Below are positions 13,101 through 26,756 of a stretch of 64,000 nt of DNA, piece by piece; position 1 is the first letter of the stretch; each line of letters opens with the position of its first letter. Source of the stretch: Schmidtea nova (taxonomy: Eukaryota); contig CM097882.1 in the NCBI GenBank assembly GCA_044892505.1, positions 279,992,001 through 280,056,000 of the forward strand, given 5' to 3'. The position numbers were made by a program, and so were the translations under genes. Below the pieces are notes generated by a model that was not told where the DNA came from, made no database searches, and saw only the letters and a list, made by a program, of their open reading frames with translations.

Positions 13101-15058
13101 CTGAAATTCAACAAAGACCAATTATTCAAAAAAATATTTTTCATTAAAAACATTTGGAATATCAAATGTCATATTATATAAGTCCAAGTATTATAGATAA
13201 ATCAAATTACGCATTAGCGGACATTTTATTATAATGCACAATTTTAGGGATTTCTAATAAAAATGACGTGACGGATTAATTATCGATAATATTATTTTAT
13301 CAAAAATTTATTATATTTTCAAGTTATTAATTTATTTTTAAAAATTTCAAGAAAAAAGTTTTATCAAATCAGTTGCAGTGTTATTTTATTGGAAATATAC
13401 AAACTTGAAAAAGGTTGTGCCGAAAATTCGTGTAACTTTTAAAAATATTTTGATCTAGTCTATAAAATAGTAAAATTTCTGAAATAAAAACGAAAAGATC
13501 AAAGATGAAATGAAATTTAGTGTAAATAACACTTCGATCTAAACTTTTCCTCATTTGTTAACTGATATAGAAAGTATGTACTATCAATATGAAAAATTTC
13601 AGTGTTCTAAATAAAGTCATGATTCAAGTTTTTCTTTGCCATGTGAAGATGTGTATAGGATAAGACCAATAAAATATACATCGATACCTGTCATAACCCC
13701 AGTAAATCGTTGTGACATAAAGTTTTACAAAAAAGATGGTCAGAGATAAATAGTCAGTTGTAATAGTATTATAAACATTTGGTCAAACATTTTCCACAAA
13801 TATCCTTTGTAAATAAAGTTAGGGAGCAAATCTTTTTATCACGAAATGAAATTGTGACTGACAATTTATCTACATCATTGGTCATGGACATCAAATCATA
13901 ATCCAAAGTTGTAGATGTCATGTCCGAAATTATAAATGGCATCCCTACTATACGTACCCTTATCATCAATCTGGCGTCATGGTTGATCGAGGAAGTTTAG
14001 GGTGCTAGAGAGGAAAAGAATAGAAATGGGCAGTTGTACTTGTCCACATGTATACTATGTAGAGACGGTGTAGTGAGGCAGCCACAAATAGCGAGATCTA
14101 CTGTCGCCTACTGAAATCCGCAGTTACCGAGAAATAATTTCGGACAGTGACATTCTACTAGACTCTACTAGGAATTAATCGCGATCAGGCGCCTTTTGCT
14201 TCCGATAGGGAAACCTAGTAGATAGAGATCAGTGATTGAACAAAACTAGTTGCTACTAATAAATATATCTGCTCAACTTTTTTGATTTTTGTCGAAATTT
14301 TTGTTGTCACATGTGATAGTCAGTATTTAGAGTAAAGTCGGTATGAAACGAGCCAAGACGATTTTAAAAACATTTTTATTTTCATCAGATAATTTGTCCA
14401 TCAAAATGTCAAAAGTACCATTGATAAACTTGAGATCATCCAAAGAAGCATGGGATCGACCAAATGTGTGGGCATTTCCTTTGACATTAGTACGAGTATC
14501 GAAATGATCAATTTCAGCAACAAAGTCTTGATGAACCAATGGTTGACAACCAGGATATTCAAATCGTCGACGCGAATAAAATATCTGGTATTCATGAAAC
14601 CCTAAACATTTGCCGAATTCAAAAATCTGTTTCAAAGCATTTAATAGAAATGTTGTGCCACAAGTTTCTGGGATTATTCTCCTTTGCGATTCGAACAAAA
14701 TGCTTTCAATAAACACATAAGAATCCATATGATCATTGGACATTTGTGAAATGATTTGGCAATTGACTTTGTCAAGTATTTAAACGACGGAGCTTTTTTT
14801 AGCATTCATTGTCGTCAGAATTAAACCATATTGCTAATAACTTTTTCCTACCTTCAACGAAATATTCCATTAAAATTCAAAGTTCCAACACTAAGGAAAC
14901 ATTTTATAATTCCCTAAAATTCCAATTGTTCACCAAAATTCGAAAGTCCCAAAAATAAATCCAATTTAATTGTTTCGATAAAACAACTCTTAGAAAAGTC
15001 AATTAATATCTCAAAAATCAATCAATTCAGTTTCAGAACAATCACCTCCAAAATTATG

Positions 15059-15283
15059 CAGCGCACACGGACGCCAGAACCACAAACTAATTAACTGTCA
15101 CAAATCGCACACACAGGCGCGAGACAACTATAATCCAAATAAACAAAAACGCGCACACAGACGCTGAATACAAATTAGAAGGTCGCACACAGACGCGTAA
15201 TAAGCACAGCTCTACGCACACAGGCGCGAGAGCCCACACAGGCCTATATAAATAGCCAAAGTTTGCTACAATCAAACTTTGGC
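15059..15283. promoter_or_regulatory. Array of CGCACACAGRCGC-like motifs followed by a TATA box and an 11-bp hairpin
   Basis: Five to six motif copies at about 15060, 15106, 15150, 15183, 15214 and 15233. TATATAAATA at 15245. GCCAAAGTTTG-ctacaat-CAAACTTTGGC at 15255-15283. Confidence 0.55.
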
Positions 15284-15883
15284 TGAAACATCGGTAGATT
15301 TATAAAAAAGATAAGATCACGGTTGGAAGGGTAGAATATTTATAATGAATGAGTCTAAAGGAGCCGCACAAACGGATCTTTAAAAAGTTGATCCTTTCGT
15401 TGTAACTGATAGGAAATAAATCATAGTCGACTTGTATTCATTGCTGTTCTAAAGTTGTGTTTGGTTTATAAGAGGAAAACGATAACTAATTTAAATGATC
15501 GTACGCCTAAATTAGTGAACAGTCAGACAATATAGAATAATTAAACGTCTTCTATCGACAAAAGCGAGCTCGCTAGTGTAGTCGTGGTGACGCAGCTCAT
15601 CTGTCCTCTATTTCTAAAAGCCGTAATGCACAGTTCCAACATGATTGCCTAGAATGACCATGGGTGAACATTACTAACTTCCACGAATGGTTATTCGGGC
15701 GAATCATTCGAACCTAGACAGAAACGAGTTGAGTTAAAATTCGCACCGTAAACCAACACAAATGTGAAGAAATAATTTACGTGAATTTTACAACCATATT
15801 AAACGATGCTACTGTTCGGAAAAGTTAGAGTTGGCATACAATATTTTTATTTTCTTTTGATTATGATTACAACCGAATAAATG

Positions 15884-17040
15884 TATTTGAAGCGTTCAAT
15901 AAGTACCCGGACTATTCCATTAAAAAATAATAGTACTTTAACAATATACTAGTGAAATCATAATATATTACCTATAGTTACAAAAATATAGTTTCTTTAA
16001 TTATGCACCTACATAGCAGCGTTGCAGAGGAGGTGCAACATCCTGTCGAGCATCGAAGCGTGATTAAATTCTTTGTTTTGCGTCGTGATAACAGTCGGCA
16101 AATATTGAATCAACTGTTAATAACTTATGACAATATATGCCCTTCTCGGACTAAAATATATGATTGAATTAGCGAGTTCAAATATGGTGGTCTATCAGTG
16201 TTTTGTGATGAGAAAATTGATCTTTCCTGTACAATTTTTGATAAAAAAGATGAATATTTGCAAACTGAAGAAAGAACGCCGAATCAATATCAAGGATATT
16301 ATGCAGCGGTTGAATGTGACTGCCTGAGGTCTATATGCTATAGTGAAAGAATCTGGCTTAAAAAGTTGGTATCTAGGTTCGTCCCACGTTTTATTTTCTG
16401 GGTGTGTGAAAACTTGAGTAGATCCTGCCAAGGTAAATAATCTCTCAAAAATATTATTAAGGGAAGAAACACTTTTATTCCTGTATGTTTCTAAGGCAAT
16501 TTTTCTGGATAAACGAGTTTTAGGAAGATGAGATCTGGAACATGTCATCGAAAATTATTGATTTTGACAAATTTTTGGGATCAAAATGACCTAATTTGTG
16601 CGGATTTCGCTGAAAAAGATCAACAGATTAATTCCACCTTCTACAGCAACCTTGTGGACACATGTGGACGTAATCGCAAATATCTGGGTGGTCTGACTCT
16701 ATGGTACTAGGACAACGCTCAAATACATAAAAATTCTGAAACAATGCCATTGATTGAGAAAATATATTTATTTACTTAGATCACCCTCCCTAGGTCCAAA
16801 TCATATGCCCAGCGACTTTTATATATTCTGGTATATGAAAAAATATTAACGAGGAAAAGCAGGGTTTGAACCTTTTTTAAAGATCAGAACCCAACTTTTC
16901 AAAAATGTTCTTGCATCGCTGTAGGAATAGTGTGAACCACAATTGGTCTTATATTGAAAAATAAAGCCCACGTTACCTTGTTTTTATGTTAAAATACACA
17001 GTTTTAGCACCTTGTCTGAGTACTTATTGAACGCGCGGCA
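15884..17040 (+). mobile_element. Decayed mariner (Tc1/mariner) transposon
   Basis: TIRs GCGTTCAATAAGTACCCGGAC (about 15892) and GTCTGAGTACTTATTGAACGC (about 17014-17034). Broken transposase motifs: EHRSVIKFFVL...FKYG (HTH), LTNFWDQND..INSTFY, DNAQIH and DHPP.SP..PSDF (cf. HPPYSPDLAPSDF). Confidence 0.8.
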
Positions 17041-17144
17041 AATTTTGTTTGTCTATAATTATTGCGGGTTTTGATTTATTTTTATCCTGTTCGTGATTTT
17101 ATTATGATTGAACTAAATTTTTTATGAAATTTTAATTCAATATT

Positions 17145-17285
17145 NNNNNNNNNNNNNNNNNNNNNNNNNNNNNNNNNNNNNNNNNNNNNNNNNNNNNNNN
17201 NNNNNNNNNNNNNNNNNNNNNNNNNNNNNNNNNNNNNNNNNNNNNNNNNNNNNNNNNNNNNNNNNNNNNNNNNNNNNNNNNNNNN
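17145..17285. other. N run (141 nt)
   Basis: Ns in the sequence. Confidence 0.99.
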
Positions 17286-18209
17286 GACTTTAAAAATCTC
17301 TTCCTGATGAGTACAAATTCCTAAATAATCACGATCCACGAACGTTAGAAAAACAGACCAGCAGTGAATAGTAAAAGCACCCAGGTTGCCAATTATTTTA
17401 GTGATCTTCGAAAATACAGTTTTTAATTAGATTAACAATTTTAAAACACTGATTCTGTGATGTGAATATCTTATACCAACACTATTGGTTATGATAATGA
17501 TAAATTAGCTAGAATGATTACCGATTAACTTGACTTCATATGAATTTTAAGATTTTAAAATGGAAGAAGTTGTAAAGGATATTCGGTAGACATTGAGAAT
17601 GACACCAATCAAAGCCGAAAAGTGACAGAAGTTCATCCATGAAAATTCATTAGCCCTAATGAACCTTGAAAGCGATGTTTCAGTTCCAAAAATATAGACA
17701 AGGTCAGAAAATATATAGGCGTTGATCAAATATGTATAAGATAATATAATAGAGATCAAAGCTCTGAAACCATAAAAAAATAAATATCAAGGGATTCACC
17801 GAACAGTCGATAGTAAAATTATCAAGATTATTTATCAGACAACAGCATACAATGGAATGAAGTTATTCCATCCATTCAAGGAAACTCCTGAGCAGAAAGT
17901 AATTGTTCTCATTAAACTATGTCCAAGAAAACGAGCAAATCGTGGATTTTAAATATCTAGTAAATCTATACATAAAATAATGTTTATAATAAAAGAATTC
18001 GAAAATATTTAAATTATTTTGGAATTAAGTGAATATGAATGTAATGAAAATAGATTATTTAAAATTGCTTGATTTTAAGCTCATTTACTTTATTAAGATA
18101 AAGTGTCAAACATTAGGAAAATTTTGTTATTGATATATAAGCTGAGTAAAATTTTTAAAATATCTTTTAAGTTTCGAGGCAATAAAATTGATTCTTGAAA
18201 TTATTAGTG

Positions 18210-20317
18210 TAAGGTGACCAGATTTTAACATTGGTAAAACGGGACACCATTAACCGGTGACGAGGAGGGGAGGGTTGGGGGGAGGTGGTAAATAATTAAA
18301 AATTTGGTCTATTTGGAGCAATAAAAAATTTCATAGAACGCAAAATAGTATTGTAATATATTTTATTTAAATTCAACATAAGTACAATTTACAAATACAT
18401 ATAATAAATGAAAATTATAAAAAAAAATTATATATATAGCAATATTTTATTCTTTGGCATATTTCTCATTTGAGTGAATTTTTTTTAGTAGATTGTTGTC
18501 GTTGTTTAAAATGTCATGAAATTTTTCACAAGAATTTGTTAAATTATATTTCACACATAAAATGGCTTTCAAAGTCTCAACACTTAATTGTGATTTTTCT
18601 GATGTCCACACTTTATTTACCATAGAAATAACGCGTTCAGTCGCAGCATTAAATCCTGGTAAGGACAGCGCGTATTCCACAATTTTTAGTGCATTATTGT
18701 ATGGAATATAGTTTGTTTCAAAATGATGAAATATTTCTAACCATTTGTTCTCTATTGTTATTTTTTCTGATGACCAAGATTGAACCTTTTCCTTATCAAT
18801 ATATTTTTTTAATAATGATACCTCATTAAAAAGATCATTTTCGGAAATATTACTATCTGGGAAATTTTGAGTAATATGATCGAATGATTTTTGCACATCA
18901 TTCCAATTAAGTTCTTGTTTTAATGTAATCCAATGAAAATGTTCAATGTCATTGTAATGTACCGTCCACTCTTCTAAATAATCTATGCAGTTACTATAGA
19001 ACTTTTTGACGTGCTTCATGATATTTGTACGATTTATTGCACCTTGTTCTTCTAGCTGGTTTATACTATTACGGATAATTAACGGAAGAAAATTATTTTC
19101 TAACCGCTCTTGACGCAGAAATTTTAAATTATTAACTTCGTTTGCTACTTCGATTGTCGAAATTTTGTCACCTTCAATAAATTTTATAGCATTTTGAAAA
19201 AGAGCTGCTTGATTATGTACAAACTCTAGCCAAATTTTTGAAGATTCTTTTTCAAAAAAGTCTTCTAAAATTCTAGGACATTTATCCTGTGATAGAAAGT
19301 AGGATTTCAAAGGATCGTATATTTTCAAAATTCTTTCGACAGCTGGCAAAAGAGCTAACCAGCGCGTTTTACTGTATTCAAGTATTTTCTGATATTCGAC
19401 TTCCGCAGTTTCACAAAATTCTTTAGGCATTTCAACGCGCACAGTGTATATATAGAAATAAGAATATATTTTAATAACAATATTTTCCACATCTACGGAC
19501 AACAAGTCAGCAGCTGTTTGAATGGCGTTATGTATTATGTGCGCTGCACAACCAACACCAATAATGTTTTGATTAAGGTTTTTATTTAATTTATAAAATA
19601 TATTATTTATACCTCTTCTCGCTTTTCCTCCAAAATTTGCGTTCGTATTGTCTGCACAATATGCAATCATTTTATGTTTTAAATTGTTTTTTCCAAAATA
19701 TTAATAATGGAATTGAAAATTATTTCAGAAGTTTCGCCGGGCAAAGAAACGAAATCTAAAATTCTAATTTTTATTCCAGTTTCCGAATCAAAAAATCTAA
19801 TTATGGTTGGAAATAACTTTATTTCCTTATGGTTAGATGCGTCAGAATATATCGATATAAAATTAATTTTTTCTAGATTTTTGTTTAATTCTGAAAATGC
19901 ATATGGGAAAAGCACATTACACACAATTGCCTCGGATTTTGTTCTAGCACAGGCAAATTTTTTGTTGAATAACTTTTTGACAACTTGTGTACAGCCCATA
20001 GATCTGAAGGAATGATTGTGATTAATAGCATGAAAAGACATAAGTCCTTCTGCTAATGCTAATTTCTTTTCTTCGTCTCCATAAGTTGTTTTCCGAAAAA
20101 ATTCCTGTATTTTGGAGGAAGATGCAGCAGTATTTAAATATCTTTTATGTTTCTGTGTCTCCAAGTGCTTTGAAATATCATTCTTCCCGCCGTGCGAAAT
20201 AGAAAATTCACCATTACATTTCTCACATTTTACTATGTAATCGCTTTTGATTTTTTTAATAAAAGGAAATTCACTTCTTAACTCATCGTTAAATTTGCAT
20301 CCTCTTTTCTTACTCAT
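18210..20317 (-). mobile_element. hAT transposon (Blackjack-like end) with a transposase split by one frameshift
   Basis: Terminal TAAGGTGACCAGAT...CGGGACA at 18210. The ORF from ATG 20317 has a Zn finger (CEKC...SISHGG..DI.KH) and SDAS (D1). ORF 18447-19670 has CADNT (D2), CAAH, TRWL and ATERVIS (E). The join needs one extra A in the A6 run at about 19687-19692. The other TIR was not found. Confidence 0.85.
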
Positions 20318-21524
20318 TATGTAAAAATCAAAAAAAAATAATTTTAAATTAATAATTAATTTCATAAATACATAAATTTTCACAAACAGTACTCGTATTA
20401 TTTGATTTTATAGTGGCGGCAAAAAAATAATAAAAGTTAGTACTTTATAACAATCAAATTAATTTAATTTATAAACTAAAAATAAAATAATTAGTGTGAC
20501 TATAAGCAAAATTTATAATAGCACAATGATCTTAGGATCCTTGGATAAAAAGTTAATAGTAAAATGACAGTTAGAATTTTTTGTTAAATATTTTTTTCGG
20601 GAGATATCACTAATAAATTGTTTATTTTGAAGAACGAAATAATTATGTGCTTGTCGCTACACCTAAGAATGGAAAACGCATAAACCGAAAAAGTGAAATT
20701 TTCGGAAACTCGGCGATAAAGTAAAATACTTGAAAACGGCTGTGATGGTAATTTTTGTGCAATAAAAATGTTGATCTATTGTCTATGAAAAATGAAAATT
20801 TTTGAAATTGAAATAGATCTAAAGTAAAAAAACAAAAGATTCAAATAAAATTAGTATATCATAGAATATTAAAATGCATAAGAAGATAAAGACTTGGCCA
20901 GATAGAAAACTCAATAATTTAATTATTATTAGCAGAGACAAAGAAATCATATTGTGAAAGTCAAATAATTTCAAGGACAAACTAAAATATAAAATTCCAA
21001 AAAAATAAAGTAGTCAAAACAAGAACAAAAATCAACTTACTTTAGGAAGAAATTGATTGTTTACAAATGAAATATTTTCTACAGCAAATGCTTGTTGTCA
21101 AAAGTAACTATTTAGACGATAACCGAAAATAGAATCAAGCTTGTCACAAATTTTGTAGTTTAAAGTTTATTGGAATGTTAAAGTAAATTGTTAACAATAT
21201 GAATTAATTTAATACCAAATATAATAAGTGATAATAAAACAATAACTAAAAATATCTAACCTCAAAAATAATTTACATATAAACTCTTGAAATTTAGTAA
21301 AGGACGAGTAAATTTAGTTCAAAATCTTATCGATTCAAAATGACAGTGTAATTTAGTTAACGGGAAAATATACACGTTTAAAAATTAACATATGATATTA
21401 TACGACTAGTAAGAAGAATCATTCAATATTCGATTTAAATCAACAAATAATCAGGATAAAATTGTCTTCCAAGGACAGTTAGAGTAAAAACGAAAATCAG
21501 AATTCACAAACGAGACAATTATCA

Positions 21525-21526
<2 letters not shown>

Positions 21527-21563
<37 letters not shown>
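21527..21563. repeat. (TA)n microsatellite
   Basis: Direct reading. Confidence 0.97.
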
Positions 21564-21568
<5 letters not shown>

Positions 21569-24500
21569 CGCAATTTCTAGCAAGAGCTGTCATTCAGAAT
21601 TGAAAGGACTGTGTAGAGTTGCTTAGTCGACAAGTATCATCTTGTAAATATTCGGCAAGGTTGATGCATTTATTTGATGTTTGTAAAGCAAGCTCTCCTG
21701 TAAGAACCAAAACTGTTTGGTCAGCCCCGTTGTTTGCTCTAGTAACTACGTTCTCACCTTGAATTATTAAAGTAATAGAAATAGATTGAATAGGGGAAAT
21801 CCATTTTAGATAACAATCGGTTCGTATGGTTTTTGCAATGGTATTTGCTAAAAGATTGTAAAACTTTGGCATTTTTAAGTCGGAATCAGCGACAGAATTC
21901 AAGATTTGAGTCCTAATAATATGTTTATATTTATCGGTAAATTTGATGCTCCGCTGCAATTGTTGTTCTATAATATTCTTTAATTGAATTGCTGCAGAAA
22001 ATCTATGTAATATATTGAGTTCATTGTTTACGACGATAAAGAATAAATTTGAGAAATAATTGGATGTTGTGTAAATAATTCATTGATAAATAAATAACAG
22101 AAAAATTCCAAAAACGAATTAATTTTTATATTTTTGAACTTTGGAATTTTGAGTTGTGATGTAGAATATTTTTAAAACTTTAAATTGGTAATTTGCTTCT
22201 TTTTTTTGAATAGTCAACCAGCAAAATTGATCGACATACAAAATCTTCAAAGAAGGCACAAGCCGATCAAAGATCCAAAACTAAAACCCAAAACCATTGG
22301 CCGCACACCCAATGGTTTTGGTAAAATTCCAGCATATATAAAACATTAATTATAAGCTCAGAGGAGCATGGGCTTAAAGACATCAACGTATGTCATAAAA
22401 AGATATCCTGGGAGGGTCTATCACGTTGGTGATAAAATATGTTAATAATCTTATATTCTAGATATTGAAAAGAAGACCTCGGTGAAGCACCTAATTCAAA
22501 CTTACAATTCCCAGACCAAGAGTCCGACTGAAGTATATTCTACATTCAAATAATAATTGGTCTACAAACTCATCTCAGTAGCTATAACTGCAAAATTAAA
22601 TCGTCTAGTAGCGAATTATTGGTTTTATCCCAGGAGAGTGTATACCAAACGACTTTAAATTTCAAAGGGCACCCAGACAACATTTTATGATAACCGTAGT
22701 TAATCAAGCTTACCAATTTATTCCGTGAATTTAAATCACATCCAAAAACAGAAAACATATAGTTACACGCCATCAATAAACCCATTACTGTTTTACTAGC
22801 TGAAGTAGATACAACCATAGAATTACAGAGGCACAGTATAGTGGAAGTGACACGTTCGAATGGAAGCGAAAAGAATATTGTCAATTTAACTTTGGTAACC
22901 GACACCATAGTGTGTTTAAAAATACTAAATTACGTCAAACAAAATCCTATATTGAATGTTAATGAACCGAAGTGGAAATATAATACCAATGATGCAGACT
23001 TAAATGAAAATATGACATTTGTTAGGAAAATAATGAACAAAATGGAGAAAGATGAATACACAGTATTCATTGTGACAGGATTTTCCAAATCCTGGATTGA
23101 AATGAAGGATATCCTTTTATAATCGCCATATTGGATATAAAGGAAATTATTTACTATCCCCAATTGTAACGCCTAGAAACCCAGTCAAACATTATCAAAC
23201 CCATCAGTATAAACTGAGGGAGCCAAAAATCTGGATGAAGACGAATGTCAGCACATTATTAGAAAGATCGTCATAGGAATTTGTGTAAGATTTGTTATCG
23301 GTAACCCATATGTCATTGCAGAGGTTATTAGGCATAAGAGATCTAGTCTCCAACAAGCTTTTGGAATCGCGTGGAGTTCCGAAAATACATGGCAATTAAC
23401 ACGTGGATGTTTAGCTAAAACTTTCCTACGAACAAATCAAGGTGACCCTAATAAGTTAGTTGTGACAAATGAAGCTCTAACCATTCGGACAATTTACCTG
23501 CATATCCGAAATGAAAGGATGGACCATATTGTAGCTCCACTAAAGGAGTACGATTTCTTATTGCCAATGAAAACGACAGTAGTTGATACGACAAATATTC
23601 AGAATCCGATATCAGCAAGAAATGTCGATGAAATAGAAGAATTACTACCACCCCAGAAATCTTCATTATGGAAGAGAATGAATATGAATCATGCTATAAA
23701 GACACCGAGATTGAAATTGGAATATCGGCTGATGTTTAGGAAATTCCATCAACAAGTTCTGTCTATCACCAAAGGGGAAGTTAGTTATTACATGCATCAA
23801 CACCATCAACAAGTTCTGCCTATCAGCAATAGAAGTTTGAAAAACTCAAGATTACAGAAGGAAAACCCAAGTCTATCCTGAATAAATTGTTACCCAAAAA
23901 GAGAGACAAATCTAAACTCAAATTAAGAACAACACCTAAACCAACTAACAAACAAACCGAGAAGATTCAAAAAGTTTTCAATAAACCGGAGAAAGTGTTC
24001 ACAGAATCGGAAGATGATGATTTAATGGAAGTATCGTTTACACCTGCAGATAAGAAATTACAAGAGGAATTACATGTTAATACCGAACCTGAGGTCTAGA
24101 AAAAGTTGCAGATAAGGAAGGAAAATAAAATTTTGAAACCAGTACAAATAGATATTGACGGTTTATGCCAATGTGGTATAAGAGAACAAACGCAATGTGG
24201 AAGCCACAGGCAAAGGAATATGACGACGAGTCGGTTACTATCAACAATAACCCTAGTCGCGATGTGTATGATGTAAACGGTGTACCTTATTTGGTATCAA
24301 CCTTGATTCTATCAAGTGCCTAGGATGATAAATCATTATTCGTAAGTGTTGATCTCGATACATTAAGAAAACGTAAGTATAAGGCTAGACGAGAATATGT
24401 ATTTAGTAATTCCTATAGTACTAAGGATCTTTATAAAATACCAGAATCAAATTCAGAATATCAGCAAGAAACTTGATACAATCAAAGGAATATTCAGAAA

Positions 24501-24852
24501 GAATCTCAGATGTGTCAAATTTGACATTTTTTTGTAATTTGTGATCCTTTAACTGACTTCTTATATTGTATCTGACCGATAACGACAGTCAATCAACTTT
24601 CTGCTGCCCCCGTAATTGATTGAAAGAATAAAAATTTTATCTTTTTAAATTTGATTTTTCTACCAATTATTTTTATTATCTTTTTTAATTATTTTAATAT
24701 TTTTTTTATTTTTCCAATAATTCCGGATTCGGGGTATTTGTGGTGGCAATCGTCTTATACTTTAATTTATTTTCATTTCTCTGATGTTTCTATTTTTTAT
24801 TTTTGTTTTATTTTTACTTGTTTCTTTATTTCTTTTATTTCTTTTACATTTA

Positions 24853-26756
24853 CACTCAATTCTGTTTTTATGCGATTTTATTTTATGCGGTTTTAAAGTT
24901 ATGTGATTTTTTATACAAAAAATTTTTTATTATGATTTAGAAATTATGCGACTTGTTCCTTTTTTGTGTGCTCGTCATGATTCTTTACTCTCCTACTTTT
25001 TCACTCATTGCGTAGTAAAAAAATAATTTTACACACTGTGCTCATTATTATTGTGTCTGGTGTGGTTTTAATTCGATATCAATGAAATTTGTTGGCAATT
25101 GTTTCTTGGTGTAATTTTAATTTGAGTTGTTTTGTTTTATTAGATAAATGTAAAAAATTTTAAAAATTATTTTTTTATAAATTTGAATTGAATTAAATTT
25201 TTTTATTTTGAAAATTGTTAGAATTTTTTCATATTTAAATGAAAATTTTTTCTAGCTAAATTGAATTTATTCGATGTAAAAAAAGAACGGCAAACGAACG
25301 GCAATTTCTTTGGAAATTAAAATTGCAATCTTAGATCGTTTGGCGAAAGGAAAGAGATCTACTGATGTTGTTAAGCATTTTGGTTTCGGCGAAGCTACTA
25401 TAAGAGTCATTAAAAAGAATGAAGTGTTAATAAGACAGTCTGTTATTTCGGGTACAAAATTAAGTTCCAAATTTTCATCATATTCAAGAAATGTTTTAGT
25501 AGAAAAAACTGAAAAAGCGTTGATAATTTGGATTGACGATCTAACAACAAAAAGAATTCAGTCTTATTTGTTTTAATAATTAGCTAATCATGTTTAAAAT
25601 ATTCCCAATATTCTAGAACTTATTCTATTATATTTACTTTTGGTCCGTGATCTGTAACAACTTTATTATATTGTTCTTGTAATTTTTTCATTGTAAATTT
25701 AAATGTTAAATTGTTAGGTTTCTCCATAGCTCTATCTGTATATATCAGTAGTTATTTATCTATATTTAAAATTGAATAAAAAATGTCCACCTTATAAATT
25801 AAGAGTCTAGAAACTAATAAATTAAGGTCTCGAGAGTTGGAGACCGTCTATATAATTGTACTATCAGTTTTATCTCAGTGTAATGCCAATTAAAACATGA
25901 AAAACAAACTTAACCTGGAAATATAATCGTTCTCTAAAATTGAAGACAACAAAATTATGCGTGGAATATGAGATTTAAACTACGAAGACGATTACATACA
26001 AAAAATCATTAATACAGCAAAAGAAAGAAAAAATAAGATTCAAAACAAGAATAAAAACTTGGGTTTACATTTTATGTGAATATTGAGAAAAGGAATTTAA
26101 TTAACACCAGAAAATGGATTAATTTACGATTGAGAAAGATAAACTAACAAGTAAAATTAACAAAAATATTCATTTGTAACAATGAGAAATCACTTTATAA
26201 AGTATGAATTTCACCGATATAAGTATATATAAAATGTATAAATTAAATTATAAATAATTTTAGTATAGTAAATCTCAAACATAAAATTTGGTTGTTGATT
26301 AGATACAAATATGAATATTTTCTTGAAATATAAATAAGGTCATTTGCCAAAAGATTATGATATTATTGAAGTGATATTATTGAGCAAAAAGAATTCCTTT
26401 AGATAGTCCGTTAATTAAAAAGAAGGCTCTACGCTTTTACGAACAATTGAAGCAAATAGAACCACATTCTACCGCTCATTCCGGTACAGAATTTTCAGCA
26501 AGCACATGATGGCTTACCGGTTTTCTAAAAAGAAATCTATAATCCTCGTTTCTTCAAACGACTTTAATTACCCACCATAAGCCTCTCCAATGTTAACTTT
26601 TAATGCGATTTTTGGTTATTTTTTTGGTTTTATGCAGTTTTCGAAAATTAATGAGCTTATCCCTATTTATTCTATGTAGGTAGTGTCTTTTTTTTATGCG
26701 ATTTTTAATTCTTTTTTCTGAGGAACGTATCTATCGCATAAAAACAGAATTGAGTG
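24853..26756 (+). mobile_element. Internally deleted Tigger/pogo element
   Basis: Perfect 24-bp TIRs CACTCAATTCTGTTTTTATGCGAT with TA on both sides (24851-2 and 26757-8). HTH_psq/CENP-B-like coding remnant MEIKIAILDRLAKGKRSTDVVKHFGFGEATIR...IIWIDD.TKRI continues at about 26397 as PLDSPLIKKKALRFYEQL...FSAST.WLTGFLKR. Confidence 0.9.
25560..26384. mobile_element. Insertion of about 825 bp inside the Tigger coding remnant, flanked by a 12-bp direct repeat
   Basis: CAAAAAGAATTC occurs at 25548-25559 and 26385-26396. The Tigger reading frame resumes across it. Confidence 0.75.
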
